Positions 1 to 12,572 of a DNA stretch of 64,000 bases are shown here, piece by piece (the stretch's first letter is position 1; each line of letters begins with the position of its first letter). Origin of the DNA: Mizuhopecten yessoensis (lineage: Eukaryota); NCBI RefSeq assembly GCF_002113885.1, contig NW_018405737.1:304970-368969 (forward strand), given 5' to 3'. The translations under genes and the position numbers were made by a program. The notes beneath the pieces were generated by a model. It did not search any database, had not been told where the DNA came from, and was given only the letters and a program-made list of their open reading frames with translations.

Positions 1-232
1 GTCATAACACTACTGTTAACTAATGGTGTTCCTACAAATACGACAACCAACCTAGCTATCGCGACTCCTACCAACCTACGCCTACCGCTACTGATGTCAT
101 CATATTGCTGTTAACTAATGGTGTTCCTACAAATACGACAACCAACCTAGCTATCGCGACTCCTACCAACCTACGCCTACCCCTACTGATGTCATCACAT
201 TGCTGTTTACTAATGGTGTTCTTTCTACCTAG
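1..232. repeat. Short tandem repeat, ~95-bp unit, ~2.3 copies
   Basis: gtcat..(t)gtt(a)actaatggtgtt recurs at ~1, ~96 and ~191. Confidence 0.8.
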
Positions 233-1056
233 TACTCGAGCTCCAGCCTACCTGTCACCACTCCTACCAACCTAAGCCTACCATTTATTGACGTCACCAC
301 TCTGCATGCGATACATCCTACCATGTAATGGCGAAATCTTACTGACTGCAGATTATAAACCAAGAATTGCACAGACGCGCGCTTCATCCTACCATCCTGA
401 CGTCACTTTCGAAATCCTGCTGAGAGCAACTCCTACCCACACTTCTTGTTATCTTTAAATATACAAATCTACAAATATACCTACACGAGTTCCCTACCTA
501 TCCGTCCCAGTTCTTCCCGTATATTTTTATCACTACTGACGTCATAACATCACTATGGAAACCTAGTTAACACATGTGACGTTGGAGACAAAACAAATGG
601 CAACCGAACAACTAATTAAATGGCTGTTAATCAGTGTTTTCGTTAGGTTATTGAAACAAACTAGAAAGACTAGAAATACGATGGCATTCTGGTTCGCGCC
701 AGTCGCGTTCCGTCGCCTAACTGTCGAACTAGTTTGACAAGGAAGACCTTCCTGGACGAGGATGGCTTGTTTTTTCCACGTGATATAATTTATTTGGTAA
801 ACAACAATTTTTCAAACACTTTGAGTACTTATTATCGTGCGTTTGTGAATATAACAACAATGTTAGAATGGCAACACTATTTCGTCAGAAACAGACTGAT
901 CTAACAGTAATGATTGCTTTCTAGAAAAAAAATGATGATTATTAAAAAAAGATGCAATATAAGTAAATAGTGTTCGAATGCAAAGTGACAGAAACTGGAA
1001 GACTGATACAAATATCACCTTTTCATAGTATTCATGTGTCATATTCCATGAACATA

Positions 1057-1290
1057 AGGAATAGGGGGCCGCGGTGGCCGAGTGATTAGGCCGTCTCAAC
1101 GTCTACCACCACTAAAGCTCCATTACTGGGTCGCGGGTTCGAGGCCTTCGTGAGCCAGTCGCCAGGTACAATCCGCAGGTCGAAGTTTTTGCTCCAGGTA
1201 CTCCGGTTTCCCTGCACTACCAAGCCCAGGCTCGTCCTTTTATGACAATGGCTTATATTAGGACGTAAAACATAAACAAGCCAAACCAAA
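1057..1290 (+). mobile_element. tRNA-derived SINE (V/Meta-type core)
   Basis: Pol III box A TGGCCGAGTG, box B GGTTCGAGGCC, core ctccaggtactccggtttcc, A/C-rich tail, flanking direct repeat tccatgaacata (1045-1056, 1291-1302). Truncated paralog at ~17292-17345. Confidence 0.8.
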
Positions 1291-1643
1291 TCCATGAACA
1301 TATATCGATATCTTTTACTGTAATAAATGGTATTATATCAAGTTGATGCTAAATATGTTTATTTATAGACACTTCTTGTATACTTAGTATGTACACTAAG
1401 TATAGTATTGTATACAAATATCGTTTACTAAATAATGTATGCAAAATAGTTTAAGTAGTCTGAGTGTGCCTTGCAGTTTTATTGTCTCTACCAGATTTGA
1501 CATAGATTTACATGTCAGGTGAAGCAAAAGAAGCTTACCCTGGTCTTATTCTTGTACTTTTTCAATGGTCTCCGTGTAAATCTTTCTTCAGTTCATATTT
1601 TGGCTAGTTTTATCGATATTGAGTTAGAGTCATGGTTTTGTGG

Positions 1644-1757
1644 TAGCTGCGGGAACCGTAGCTTCTATGTCCGATTTTTTTTTATTGTTATCGGACCATA
1701 GACCTATAAAAAAAATCAATAAAAAATCGGACATAGAAGCTACGGTTCCCGCAGCTA
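1644..1757. mobile_element. 114-bp MITE with perfect 37-bp TIRs and 10-bp TSD (Academ/AcademH-like termini)
   Basis: TIR tagctgcgggaaccgtagcttctatgtccgatttttt; TSD ggttttgtgg at 1634-1643 and 1758-1767; absent at the paralogous site near 17430. Confidence 0.85.
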
Positions 1758-2742
1758 GGTTTTGTGGACGCTTTGATGAAAAAAATGTTATTGGATACAA
1801 AGTATAACATACAAATATTGTATACTTTCTATCATTGGTGTCACATTTCTTCATCGCTATTTTTATGAAGATTAAAAATGCATAACGAAACAATCTTTAC
1901 TCTTGATTATTTTTGCTATGAATATTGGAATCGAGTAGTGAAATGTGACAGCAGTTCTGCGGGAGATGCTATCTCCATAGCGTCGTCGTCTCTTTTTATC
2001 AGGTTATATTCTGTAGTGTCTTTAAAATTTGAAAAATGATAGGTAAGCACAGTCTTACAAGCCATTTATATCGACATAAGTCTACATATCAATATTGCTT
2101 TAATCATAGAAAAAATGACAAAAATTCAGCGCCTGAACATTGTATATAATACTAAATGTAGCTCCGAGATCCATTTATGATGATTTACTTAAGAAACTAC
2201 AGTTGCTTTATCACAATTCCAAATGTGTAACGTACATTTGGTGGAGTAGAGGGGTTTATTTTCTACACAAACCAAATATGTATAGTGTGTATAGTAAGGA
2301 ACTTTTATGTCACGCAGAACTATCGGCGACATATTTGAATGAAAATAAATGTTGTTTATGTATCAATGTGATCAATTCGGACACTATATTATAATACTGA
2401 AACGGGGGAGAAAGAGTGACATGTTAAAAGTATACATACTATAGCAGCCATATTCGTTTCATACAAAAGTGACTGAATTGTCGAAATAACCCGCTAACAT
2501 GAAAGATAAACGTTTCTTGCATGCTCTACATCATGGCTTGTGTATATTCCTGGAGAATATAGATCAGCAGCTATCCAACTACACAATGTACAGGTCTTTT
2601 TTCAAAGCAGACACTGAAACCCCACAATACCGGTCAACGAAGTAAGCCGATCAGTGACAGAAAAGTTATGCAAATCACAAATATATGGAACCACGACTAT
2701 TGAAGTTTTCGTGGTCTGTAAGGGTTGTGGTTGTAGACAAAT

Positions 2743-2886
2743 TGTAACAAAGATCACTAATTTTATCAAAGCCTCCGCCAGAAGTCGAACCCGGGACCTA
2801 TGGTTTATTAGTCTTACGCTCTACCGAAAGAGAAATTCTCCCTAGCTCAGTCGGTAGGAAGCGGCTAGTATTTTACCAGGGTGACA
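2743..2886 (-). mobile_element. tRNA-derived repeat fragment with inverted tRNA halves
   Basis: Minus strand reads cggtagagcg...cccgggttcgac (box B); plus strand carries tagctcagtcggtag (box A); absent from the paralogous site near 33210. Confidence 0.5.
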
Positions 2887-3291
2887 TTAGTAATACCTGC
2901 CAATTTCATGACATTAAGATGCTGTGATGTCATAAGATGGCATTCCAGTGACAATACGTGAAGTAACGTACTTTGAGCAAATAATAAAGATAAATGTTTC
3001 TCCATACTTAGAAACTTTTCATATTTGTATTAATCATCTTTTCTGCTATTTAAAATGTCTTATCATTCAATAGACAGACAACTAATATTATTCAAAATAT
3101 TGAATTATTTAGGACCTAAATAACCACCAATCAATAGTAATATAAAAATATCCGGATTAATTCTATCCCGTCATTTCGGTTTTGTATTAGAATATTATGC
3201 TGTAACATGGAGATGGTACATGAACACGTACTGTACTGCCAAAGTTTACTGGTGAAATGCAGGTCACTGTCGACTTAATTCAGATTTTGTG

Positions 3292-3297
3292 GTGAGT
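3292..3297 (+). promoter_or_regulatory. Candidate splice donor of non-coding first exon, TRIM copy 1
   Basis: gtg|GTGAGT conserved in all three units (3292, 19348, 33631). Confidence 0.5.
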
Positions 3298-3384
3298 ATC
3301 AGATTAAGCTTGGAACCAGTCTTCTGAGAAAGTAGTAAATGATACGTATATACCGATGATATCTGATATCACTAGCAAAAGTCA

Positions 3385-4580
3385 CCTACTATATATCAGG
3401 TATACACCTCCAATATAGCAGGTACATACATACACCTTCCATATATCATGTTTACACCCATACATCAGGTATACACCTCCTATATATCAGGTATATACAC
3501 CACCTATATATCAGGTATATACCTCCTATACATCAGGTATATACACCTATATATCAGGTATACACCTCCTATATATCAGGTATATACACCTCCTATACAG
3601 TATATCAGGTATACACCTCCTCTACATTAGGTATATACACTTCTCATACATCAGGTATATACACCTCCCATACATGAGGTTTACACCTCCTATGCATCAG
3701 GTATACACCTCCTATACGTCGGGTATACACCTCCCATACATTAGGTATATACACCTCCCATACATCAGGTATATACCTCCTATATATCAGGTTTACACCT
3801 CCCATACATAAGATATATACCTCAAGAACATCAGATATATAAACCTTCCATACATCAGGTATATACACCTGCTATACATCAGGTATACACTTCCCATACA
3901 TCAGGCATATACACCTTCTATACATCAAGGTTACACCTGCTATACATCAGGTATACACCTCCCATCCATCAGGCATATACACCTTCTATACATCAAGTTT
4001 ACACCTGCTATACATCAGGTATACACCTCCCATCCATCAGGCATATACACCTTCTATACATCAAGTTTACACCTGCTATACATCAGCTATACACCTCCCA
4101 TACATCAGGTATACACCTCCAATACATCAGGTATACACCTCTCATGCATCAGGTATACATCTCCCATACATCAGGTATACACCTCTCATACATCAGGTAT
4201 ACATCTCCCATACATAAGGTATATACACCTCCAATACATCAGGTTTACACCTCCTATACAGCAGGTATACACCTCCCATACCTAAGGTATATACACCTCC
4301 CATACATCAGGTTTACACCTCCTATACATCAGGTATACACCTCCCATACATCAGGTATATACACCTCCCACACATAAGGTATATATTGCCTATATATCCT
4401 ACGGACATACCTCCATTAGGATTCAGTGTTATATGGGATTTTACCGTCTATATAACTCGCCTATATATCAGGTATACACCTCCCATACATCAGGTATATA
4501 CACCTCCCATACATTAGGTATATACCGCCTATATATCGCCTATATATAAGGTATACACCTCCCATACATCAGGTATATAC
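3385..4580. repeat. Minisatellite, ~20-22-bp unit (catacatcaggtatacacctcc)
   Basis: Directly visible degenerate tandem array. Confidence 0.95.
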
Positions 4581-4604
4581 AATAAAAATAAATAAATAAA
4601 CATA

Positions 4605-5022
4605 ATAGGTATTACACATGTAATAACTATCACAAACAGGTATTACACATGTATTTATTTTCACAGACTGGTATTATACATGTTTGTACTATCACAGACT
4701 GGCATTACACATGTAATTACTATCACAGACAGGTATTACACATGTGTTTATTTTCACAGACAGATATTACACATGTATTTATTTTCACAGCCTGGTATTA
4801 CACAGGTATTCATACTATCACAGAGAAGTATTACACATGTATTTATTATCACAGACAGGTATTATTCATGTATTTATTTTCACAGACTGGTATTACACAT
4901 ATATTAACTATTAAAGACAGGTATTACACAGGTATTAACAATCACAGACAGGTATTACACATATATTAACTATTAAAGACAGGTATTACACATGCTATTA
5001 CTACTGCAGAATACAGACAGGT
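4605..5022. repeat. Minisatellite, 30-bp unit (cacagacaggtattacacatgtattactat)
   Basis: Directly visible tandem array, ~13 copies. Confidence 0.9.
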
Positions 5023-5705
5023 ACATAAGTATGTTCCTTAATGTCTGAGATAGTTAAAACAATTTTATCTGAAGCAATAATTAAAGATCAATAGCTTGTC
5101 TGTGATAATAAATACAGGTGTATAACCAGTCTGAAACAATAAATAAATGTCAATAACCTGTCTGTGAATTTTTACGGGTAATAATACAATTTTATCAAAT
5201 ATCTTTTAAAACATTTAGATGAAATCAGTGAAGAAAATCAAGATCAAACATTTTAATGACTAAATTGTATGTTATAAATGCAATTATCGTTTCCCTCTAG
5301 TTACGAAATACATAGGAATAGCCCTTTCTCCATGGGATCACTCTCCGTCATCTACCTTCTAATTATTAACATTTTTAAATAATGTAAATACCGGTATTAA
5401 TTACCGTACGTATATTTGGCGACATTAAACTTCTTCTTTTACTTTCACATACTTCCTTTCCGGTTAAGAAATACGAAACTGAGGTTTCCGATTAGGTAAA
5501 GCTGGCCGTGCACAGCTCCCGTATTGCATAGTGTTGTAGTTTCGTTTTGTGTTACTATATATAGCTTTTTTCTTTAACTATTTATATACCACGCGTACGA
5601 TACAAAAAACGCTCGTTGCGCACGCTAAAAACAAAGAAATGAGTGTGAATTGAAAAAAATAATGAACGTGAACATATCAAACTGACTCTTCTTCCTCATA
5701 TTTAA

Positions 5706-7348
5706 GGAGGCTCCACCCTTTCGCAATTAGCCTGCAGAATTCAATGAAAGTTTCACGTAAAGTAAGTTATGTCACTATGAAGAGATGATTTTATGAAAAT
5801 CTAAGCATTCCTATAAACTGGGGATTTGTTTGTAAAAAATACCGAAAAATTGAATTTTTGTCAAATTTCACTTTATTTGAGTGTGTGGCATTGTTCAAAA
5901 CTAGTACAACGATCAAATAATGAAAAGAAACATTGCTAATCAACCCTAAAAATATTGTATTTATCAAAAAATATCTACAACATGTTACAAAAAGCGTATT
6001 TATTGAAATTGTATGGATAAAAGTTACTAAATACAAGCTAAAAGCAAACAGGACACATACAAAAAAGAGTGTAAAATTGAACCAAATACAAACAAAGTTT
6101 TTACAGTTCATTTATTTTACATTTTACAATAATTTTGATCCTGATGAGAGTTGCCAACCTTGAAAAAAATCGGATGAGAGTTGCCAACCTTGAAAAAAAT
6201 CGGAACTTTTTGCAGAGGGATGGAATTTATACAATGACAATTATTTTCTATACTATACCAAAAACGACGAAAATAAATTAAATTTCTATATATGTAATTG
6301 TCAATTTACTGTTCTTTTATGGAACAAAATTATTCTCAATCATCTACACTTTGGAGATCATTCCGTAGCCCGCGTACGCATGGCATATTTACATGTCAGG
6401 TACATATGTATCCATAGGCTATCGTATGGTATGCCGTTATCACGTGCACGCACATGCATTTGCATTTTATAGGGATCTTGATATTTTACAAACCACTATT
6501 TTCACAGAGTTATTGTTATTGCATTTGTGAATCGATTTATCTGACAGAGCGTAACTCGCTCGACAACAAAAGTCATAGCGACCAAGAGCTTGTGAACTAC
6601 CGTTAGCGCGTGATACGTACAGGTGAGGTCGGTAAACAAAACACACCAGTCTGCAATCCATGCGCCTCATATACGATCTTCTTGAAGTCGTCTGATCTTA
6701 TGTCAGTGTCTTTCCGTGAGTTTTTTAATGTCTTTGTATCATAAGCTTTATTTCTGAAGTTCGTGTGATTACACATTTCCAAGTTAAGTCTCGTTATCGA
6801 GTGCTGGCATATCTTCGTCACGCACATGTACTATTGTTTACCCGGTGTTCTTATTAGTTACACGGATTTTTGGCAGGCCTCAGGAAATACGAAATCCTGT
6901 AGGGTCATACCATCCCGTATACCCTGCCAAAATTCCGTGTAACGAATGTATTACCCCAATAAGTCTTTTATAATTGTTTTGTGGAACATAGTTAGCCCTT
7001 TTGGCGAGTATTTCCTCATCCGTATGCGAAGCGAAACGTTTTGCCATTTTGTAAACAGCGAAGCAGACGACGAATGCGAGTTGTCTCCCGTTGCCCGGCC
7101 GCAAGATACGTGATTCCACCGTATACGTATTACTGCTGAGAATCACCTGACATGACCGTATACCCCCTGAGATTTACGAATGCGGTTTGGTACACTGTAG
7201 TTTTTAAACAATCAGATTCCTAGATTTTTCTCAAAGGGGTAATAATGTAATTTACACTACGGTAATGGAATGCCCGATGCGCAATACGGAAATGACGACA
7301 CGAAAATACGACAAGAAAAACTTGCGTATTACGAAGGGTGGAAAGTCC
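5706..7348. mobile_element. TTAA-flanked non-autonomous DNA element (Kolobok/Crypton-like)
   Basis: TTAA|GGAGGCTCCACCCTT ... AAGGGTGGAAAGTCC|TTAA imperfect TIRs; flanks are nearly contiguous in the paralog at ~34070-34100. Confidence 0.7.
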
Positions 7349-7352
7349 TTAA

Positions 7353-7901
7353 GGTCATAGGAGTGTATTGCTAAACGGAAATAGGAAGTACATCCCTAGT
7401 TGAAAATCCAATGTAGGGAGACAGTATCACAATTTCCGCATTTTTCTAATGTTTAATATTAAACTGATGAATATTGTATGTTTATTATTTGTTCTGTACT
7501 TCAGGAAACCGGCTACCTATTTCACTACTATGAAGTTTTTCAAGAACGATAACTCTTACATGCAATTACTATGTGTATATGGTTTTATTATAAAATGTCA
7601 ATTTTTAATCGTTTATAGATAATTAATTTTACACAATTTCAGCATTTATGAAATTTATATACATTAATGCAATACTATTCTATGTCAGTATCATTTTTAT
7701 TGAATTTTTTTTTGGCAAAACATGGTGTGTTTCATTTTTTTTTTCAAAACTCACTCCTTTTACATAAATTTCCATTTAAAATCCTTAAAATTCTGACAAC
7801 CTTTATTTTTTTTGTGGCAGAAATTTTTCTTTACTTCAAAGCAATATAACAACAAAATTTGAAGAAATTCTACTGAGAAATGGCGACACAATTCTATTAC
7901 C
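7353..7901. mobile_element. TTAA-flanked MITE (Kolobok-like)
   Basis: TTAA|GGTCATAG ... CTATTACC|TTAA; a second partial copy lies inverted at 46697-46808. Confidence 0.75.
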
Positions 7902-9138
7902 TTAAGAAAACCGATTATAATTTCTCAAATTTATTGACACAGGGGGAATAACTCCTTCAGGTAAATAATGAAATAGTAATACGAAGGCAAGAAAAGCTAA
8001 AACTCAAATTTTATATTTTGAGATTGAAAATGTATTCTTAATATTTTTTCTTGCATGATGGAAGAGCAGGTAGTTATAAATTATATTAACCTCACCTAAG
8101 AAACCTAACTTAGAAACCTAACTTAGAAACCTAACTAGATAAGAAACAATAAGATATATGTTAGTATAATATAATATATTGATTCCACCCCTGAAAACGA
8201 TACAAAACCTTTAATTTCACGCATTGATAAAAATCAAACTACCTGCTACACACAAACTGTATAATCCAACTTCTGAACCATTAAAGACACGTAAATCTTA
8301 AGCAACAAATTAAAAATTACAAAAAGGTTTATATTAAACCAGATCGATTTTTCCATTTTTATATCAGTCTTTGGTTGTTTAGCCATCAAAGTAACAGTTT
8401 ACATAAACTGTACTCCATAGTAGGGAAGACATGCGCAATTGAGGTAGATGTACGTTATCAAATACAGGAAACAGATCTTAAAAGACACTCACATTACAAA
8501 TGGTCAGGGGCAGTAATTAAAACGTCTTACACTGCCAAACTTCTATTCCACCTAACCGCCTTGTGTAGCAAACAATAAAAAGACAGAATTTGCATGGCGT
8601 GATACAACCACTACCGACCACTCGAACAGTAAAACAATGGAATTACAGTACAATCGGAACGTCCGTATATAAAACGTAATTATTTAATACTCCGGAAATA
8701 CAGGCGATATGTAAAACAGACGACTCGTGTTACAGCAATTGCATCTCTTACAGTGTACAGTATGTTCAGGCCAATACTACTAGATATTAAAAACAAAAAA
8801 TTAGATTAACACAAACAGTCCCCGCGACTTTTGTTTGAAGTTACATTATGTTAATTGGTCACCTTCCGTATGCAGGTCATTCGCACTCCACTTTCTCTCT
8901 CATTTACGCACAGGGATAATCCTTGAGGGGACCATGGGGTCATTGACCCCTCAAAACTAAAATTAACCCCTCCGTGTTCCAATTTTCTTTAAATTTTATA
9001 TAGAATGTCCCCTCTTTATTTTGATTGACAAACTTTTGTTTAAAATGGCCAGCTGCTCTCAAATTCCAGTGTTTTCCCCAATTACACGTAACAACATTGT
9101 CCTTATAAATTATCTGTACATTTGATCATACTGTAAGA

Positions 9139-9805
9139 TTATTAGTCCCCTACCGTTGAAATCGGGGGAACTGTAGGTTTCCTCTCCGTCCGTCTGTGGA
9201 CGTACGTAACACCAATGTTTGTCAGCGCTCTAGCGGCTTCATTCCCTGAAGGATTTTGATCAAACCTCACAAAAATACCAAGGACAATAATATCTCGGAC
9301 AAGCTTGAGTTGCAGGGTTGTTAGATCAAGGTCGAGGTCGCCGTTACTATATTTAGAAAATCATTGTCAGCGCTCTAGCGGCGTAATTCCTTGAGGGATT
9401 TTTATCAAACTTCACACAATTACAAAGGACCATAACATCTCGGAAAAGTTTGAGTTTCAGGGTTGTTGGATCAAACTTCACACAATTACAAGGGGCATAA
9501 TATCTCGGACAAGTTTGAGTTTCAGGGTTGTTTGGTTAAGGTCAAGGTCACCATTACTTTTTTTTTAGACAATCGTTGTCAACGCTCTAGCGGCTTTATT
9601 TCTTGAGGGATTTTGATCAAACTTCACACAATTACAAAGGACAATAACATCTCGGACAAGTTTGAGTTTCAGGGTTGTTTGGTTAAGGTCAAGGTCACCA
9701 TTACTATTTTTAGACAATCGTTGTCAACGCTCTAGCGGCTTTATTTCTTGAGGGATTTTGATCAAACTTCACACAATTACAAAGGACCATAACATCTCAG
9801 ACACG
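9139..9805 (+). mobile_element. Helentron-associated non-autonomous element (HINE/pearl-like) with ~150-bp internal repeats
   Basis: ttattagtccccta..gggga stem, ccgtccgtc microsatellite, then tandem repeats containing aaggtcaaggtca. Confidence 0.7.
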
Positions 9806-10634
9806 TAGGCTTGTTGAACCTAAAGATCATCTGCTTTATATAACAAGGATACTGAGTATTGCTAAAGCAATACATGTCCCCTATCGGCCCCCGCTAGCTA
9901 TTACACTGTAATGATTTATAAAAACGGTGCCCTTTAGGGTTAATTTGGGAAAATGAAAAGTATACAATTAGCTTGTAACTGATTTTAATGTAATAACAAT
10001 ACAAGAAATTGTAATGTTAGTATTATGAGAGGAATTATATAAAGAAAAATGATTGACAACCCTGAATCTCTAACTTGTAACGGTGACCTTGACCCAACAA
10101 CCCTGAAACTCTGTGGTTTGATATAATCGACAGTAAAACTACAATCTGTATATGATGTGATAATTACAGTACTACAACTACTATAATTATGTAAATATCA
10201 TTTGATAGTTCAATTGCTGCGTGTAGATAATGATTTACCGTTAATACTATTTAGTATTAAGTGGCCATTAATGGTCATTTGAACAGACCTAAAACTTAAA
10301 ATCGCGTAGGCCGTTAATATGGAAGAGATGAAACGCAAATACGTACATTTCATATAATAATTGTAACAACAAGGGTTACAATGCAAACCGCCCGTCAATA
10401 GATAAAAATTAATTAAAAAACAACAAATTAATAATATGCCCAAAAGTACGGCGTTGATTTATTTCGTGAGTATAGATGTACATATAAATAAAAACAGATT
10501 TTTAGTTTCCCTGCATATTTCACTTTTATTTACATATATTGAACTGAAAGTGGTATTCCCTGTCACGTGTTTCACTTCATACATTTACAGTGAAGATCAA
10601 CATCCACTCGTCATGGCGGAAGGAGGGTCCCCTC

Positions 10635-10644
10635 CAGGCGCGGA

Positions 10645-10683
<39 letters not shown>

Positions 10684-12538
10684 CCCGGCCCCGGCCCCCC
10701 CTTTTGGCGGCGGACTGACCTTATCCAGGCCGGCCCATAATGATCTGATCGGTCGGGAATGGGAACATATTAACATTTTAAAATGCATCAAATAATGTAC
10801 GGAGCTTGTATAAAAAAATCTGGGGCTACGCCCCACACATCCCATACGGCATCCTGGCAAATATTGTGGGTTTCCGTTATCTGATATTTTTACTATATTT
10901 TCTTTATTAAAACAATATTTGTTGGCATCGCTACGCTCGTCGACTTTGTATCTTGACCCTAAAGTGTGTTTTTTATTTTACCACCTCCGCAAAACCCCAA
11001 GTTGCAACTTGCAACGCTCGGCGGAAATATACTAGCATAAGTTGCATAATTATATTATTAACCGCTCGTTACAGATGATCTGAAAATTAATACTTTTTAT
11101 TGTAACCTTCCTAACCGCCCGGGCGATAGTAATCCTATCATTATACAAGAACGATAAAGGTTTTTTTCGGCTGACAATATTATGTGTAATCGATTAAACA
11201 TATCCACTCAATATTTTGGTATTATATATATTGTTGGAACTGTTTTAACTATCTTGTATGTACAACATAATATCTCATTGTGGTACTTATAGCTTACCTT
11301 CGTGTACGTACAAGAAAGTTTCTTCACACAGCATACTATTGTGTACGTAGTAATAAGTTGTACGTACCAGAATGACATGATATACTGTACTTACAAGTAT
11401 GATAATTTTAAATTAAATTTAAAAGTGATGCGTATGTGCCTCCTAAGTTGTACCATTTTAACCAGATAGCTTAGCAAATGTACCACCGTTGGTAATATGC
11501 ACGCCCTTACATGAGTTAATCAGCGTGGACATTTCAGATATATCATTGTCTACACTAGTGAATTAGTCAACAATTATAAAACGCGAGACTATATCAGGGG
11601 CGGGTCCAGGTGAGGGCGTAATAGGCGTAAAAAAATGTTTTTTTTTTTTTTTATCGTAATCTGCTAATATTGTATTGAATATGGCAATATCATATTCATT
11701 AATTAAAGACATACTCTGATAAAAAAAAAATGTCAAACCATGACACTTCAACTATAATTTATACATGCTCTAAGTCAGGAACCGTTACATTAGTGCATTT
11801 CACAATTATTTTATGTTTTTTAGCAAAAAAAAAGGTCCAAAACTTTTTTCGCCTCGCTCCGCTCGGCGACAGATTTTATTCTACGCCCCCTCTTTCAAAT
11901 ATCCTAGAAACGCCCCTGTATATAGCTAGTGCCCTTGGGTGTCGCACTGATTTGAACTTACCGTTTGTTTACCAACTTATTGATGCTATGAGTAACTCAT
12001 TAATTAAACAGCAACGATGTTGTGGTGTTATTTGTTCTTTTGTACAACAAACGTACAATGTCTGAAGACTAGATTTATATTTTGACGGTCCTCTCGTATC
12101 CCCCTTGCGGGCGGGACGCCAAATTAGGTAATAATAAACAAGTCCCCTGTGGATTCATACATTTGTCATCACCAGGTTGCCCCTATAATAATACCATCTG
12201 ACTTCTAAAACACGCTGTTGATATAGAATTTGAACCGAAACTTAAATTTTCTTTCCAATACACAAAAAAGGGCTTTGGGCCATACTTAAAATATGTTTTT
12301 TTCTTCTTGTTAATTAAACATAAAACCAATCCTCAGAACACGGGAAATCGCTTCTGAGACGTTCTAGAAAACACATTTTTTTGGGGGGAGATCCCCCAAA
12401 AACCCCTTACGGGGAGGGGGTCTGTACCCTCCCCCTCCTCGCGCTACGTGCTCGGGCTGCTGCCTTTCGCAGCACACCGTTGACTATTGAGAAAAATTTA
12501 TCGGCCCCCCCTTTTAGGAAATCCTGGATCCGCCCCTG
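10635..12538. mobile_element. 1.9-kb non-autonomous DNA transposon, 5-bp TSD (hAT5-like)
   Basis: TIRs CAGGCGCGGATTTAGG / CCTGGATCCGCCCCTG; TSD CCCTC at 10630-10634 and 12539-12543; empty site gggtcccctcatg in copy 2. Confidence 0.9.
11595..11918. mobile_element. 324-bp nested MITE of the same TIR type
   Basis: CAGGGGCGGGTCCAGG ... CCTAGAAACGCCCCTG; TSD TATAT at 11590-11594 and 11919-11923. Confidence 0.85.
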
Positions 12539-12572
12539 CCCTCATGTCTCTGTCGATAACCCTAAACCAGCT

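Noticed and set aside
1064-1150. Functional tRNA gene
   Set aside because: A/B boxes are present but there is no cloverleaf, and it continues into a SINE core and tail
3448-4969. Tyr/His/Thr-rich ORFs
   Set aside because: Minisatellite translations
10436-10860. Poly-Gly / poly-Pro ORFs
   Set aside because: Result from a G-run in the transposon terminus
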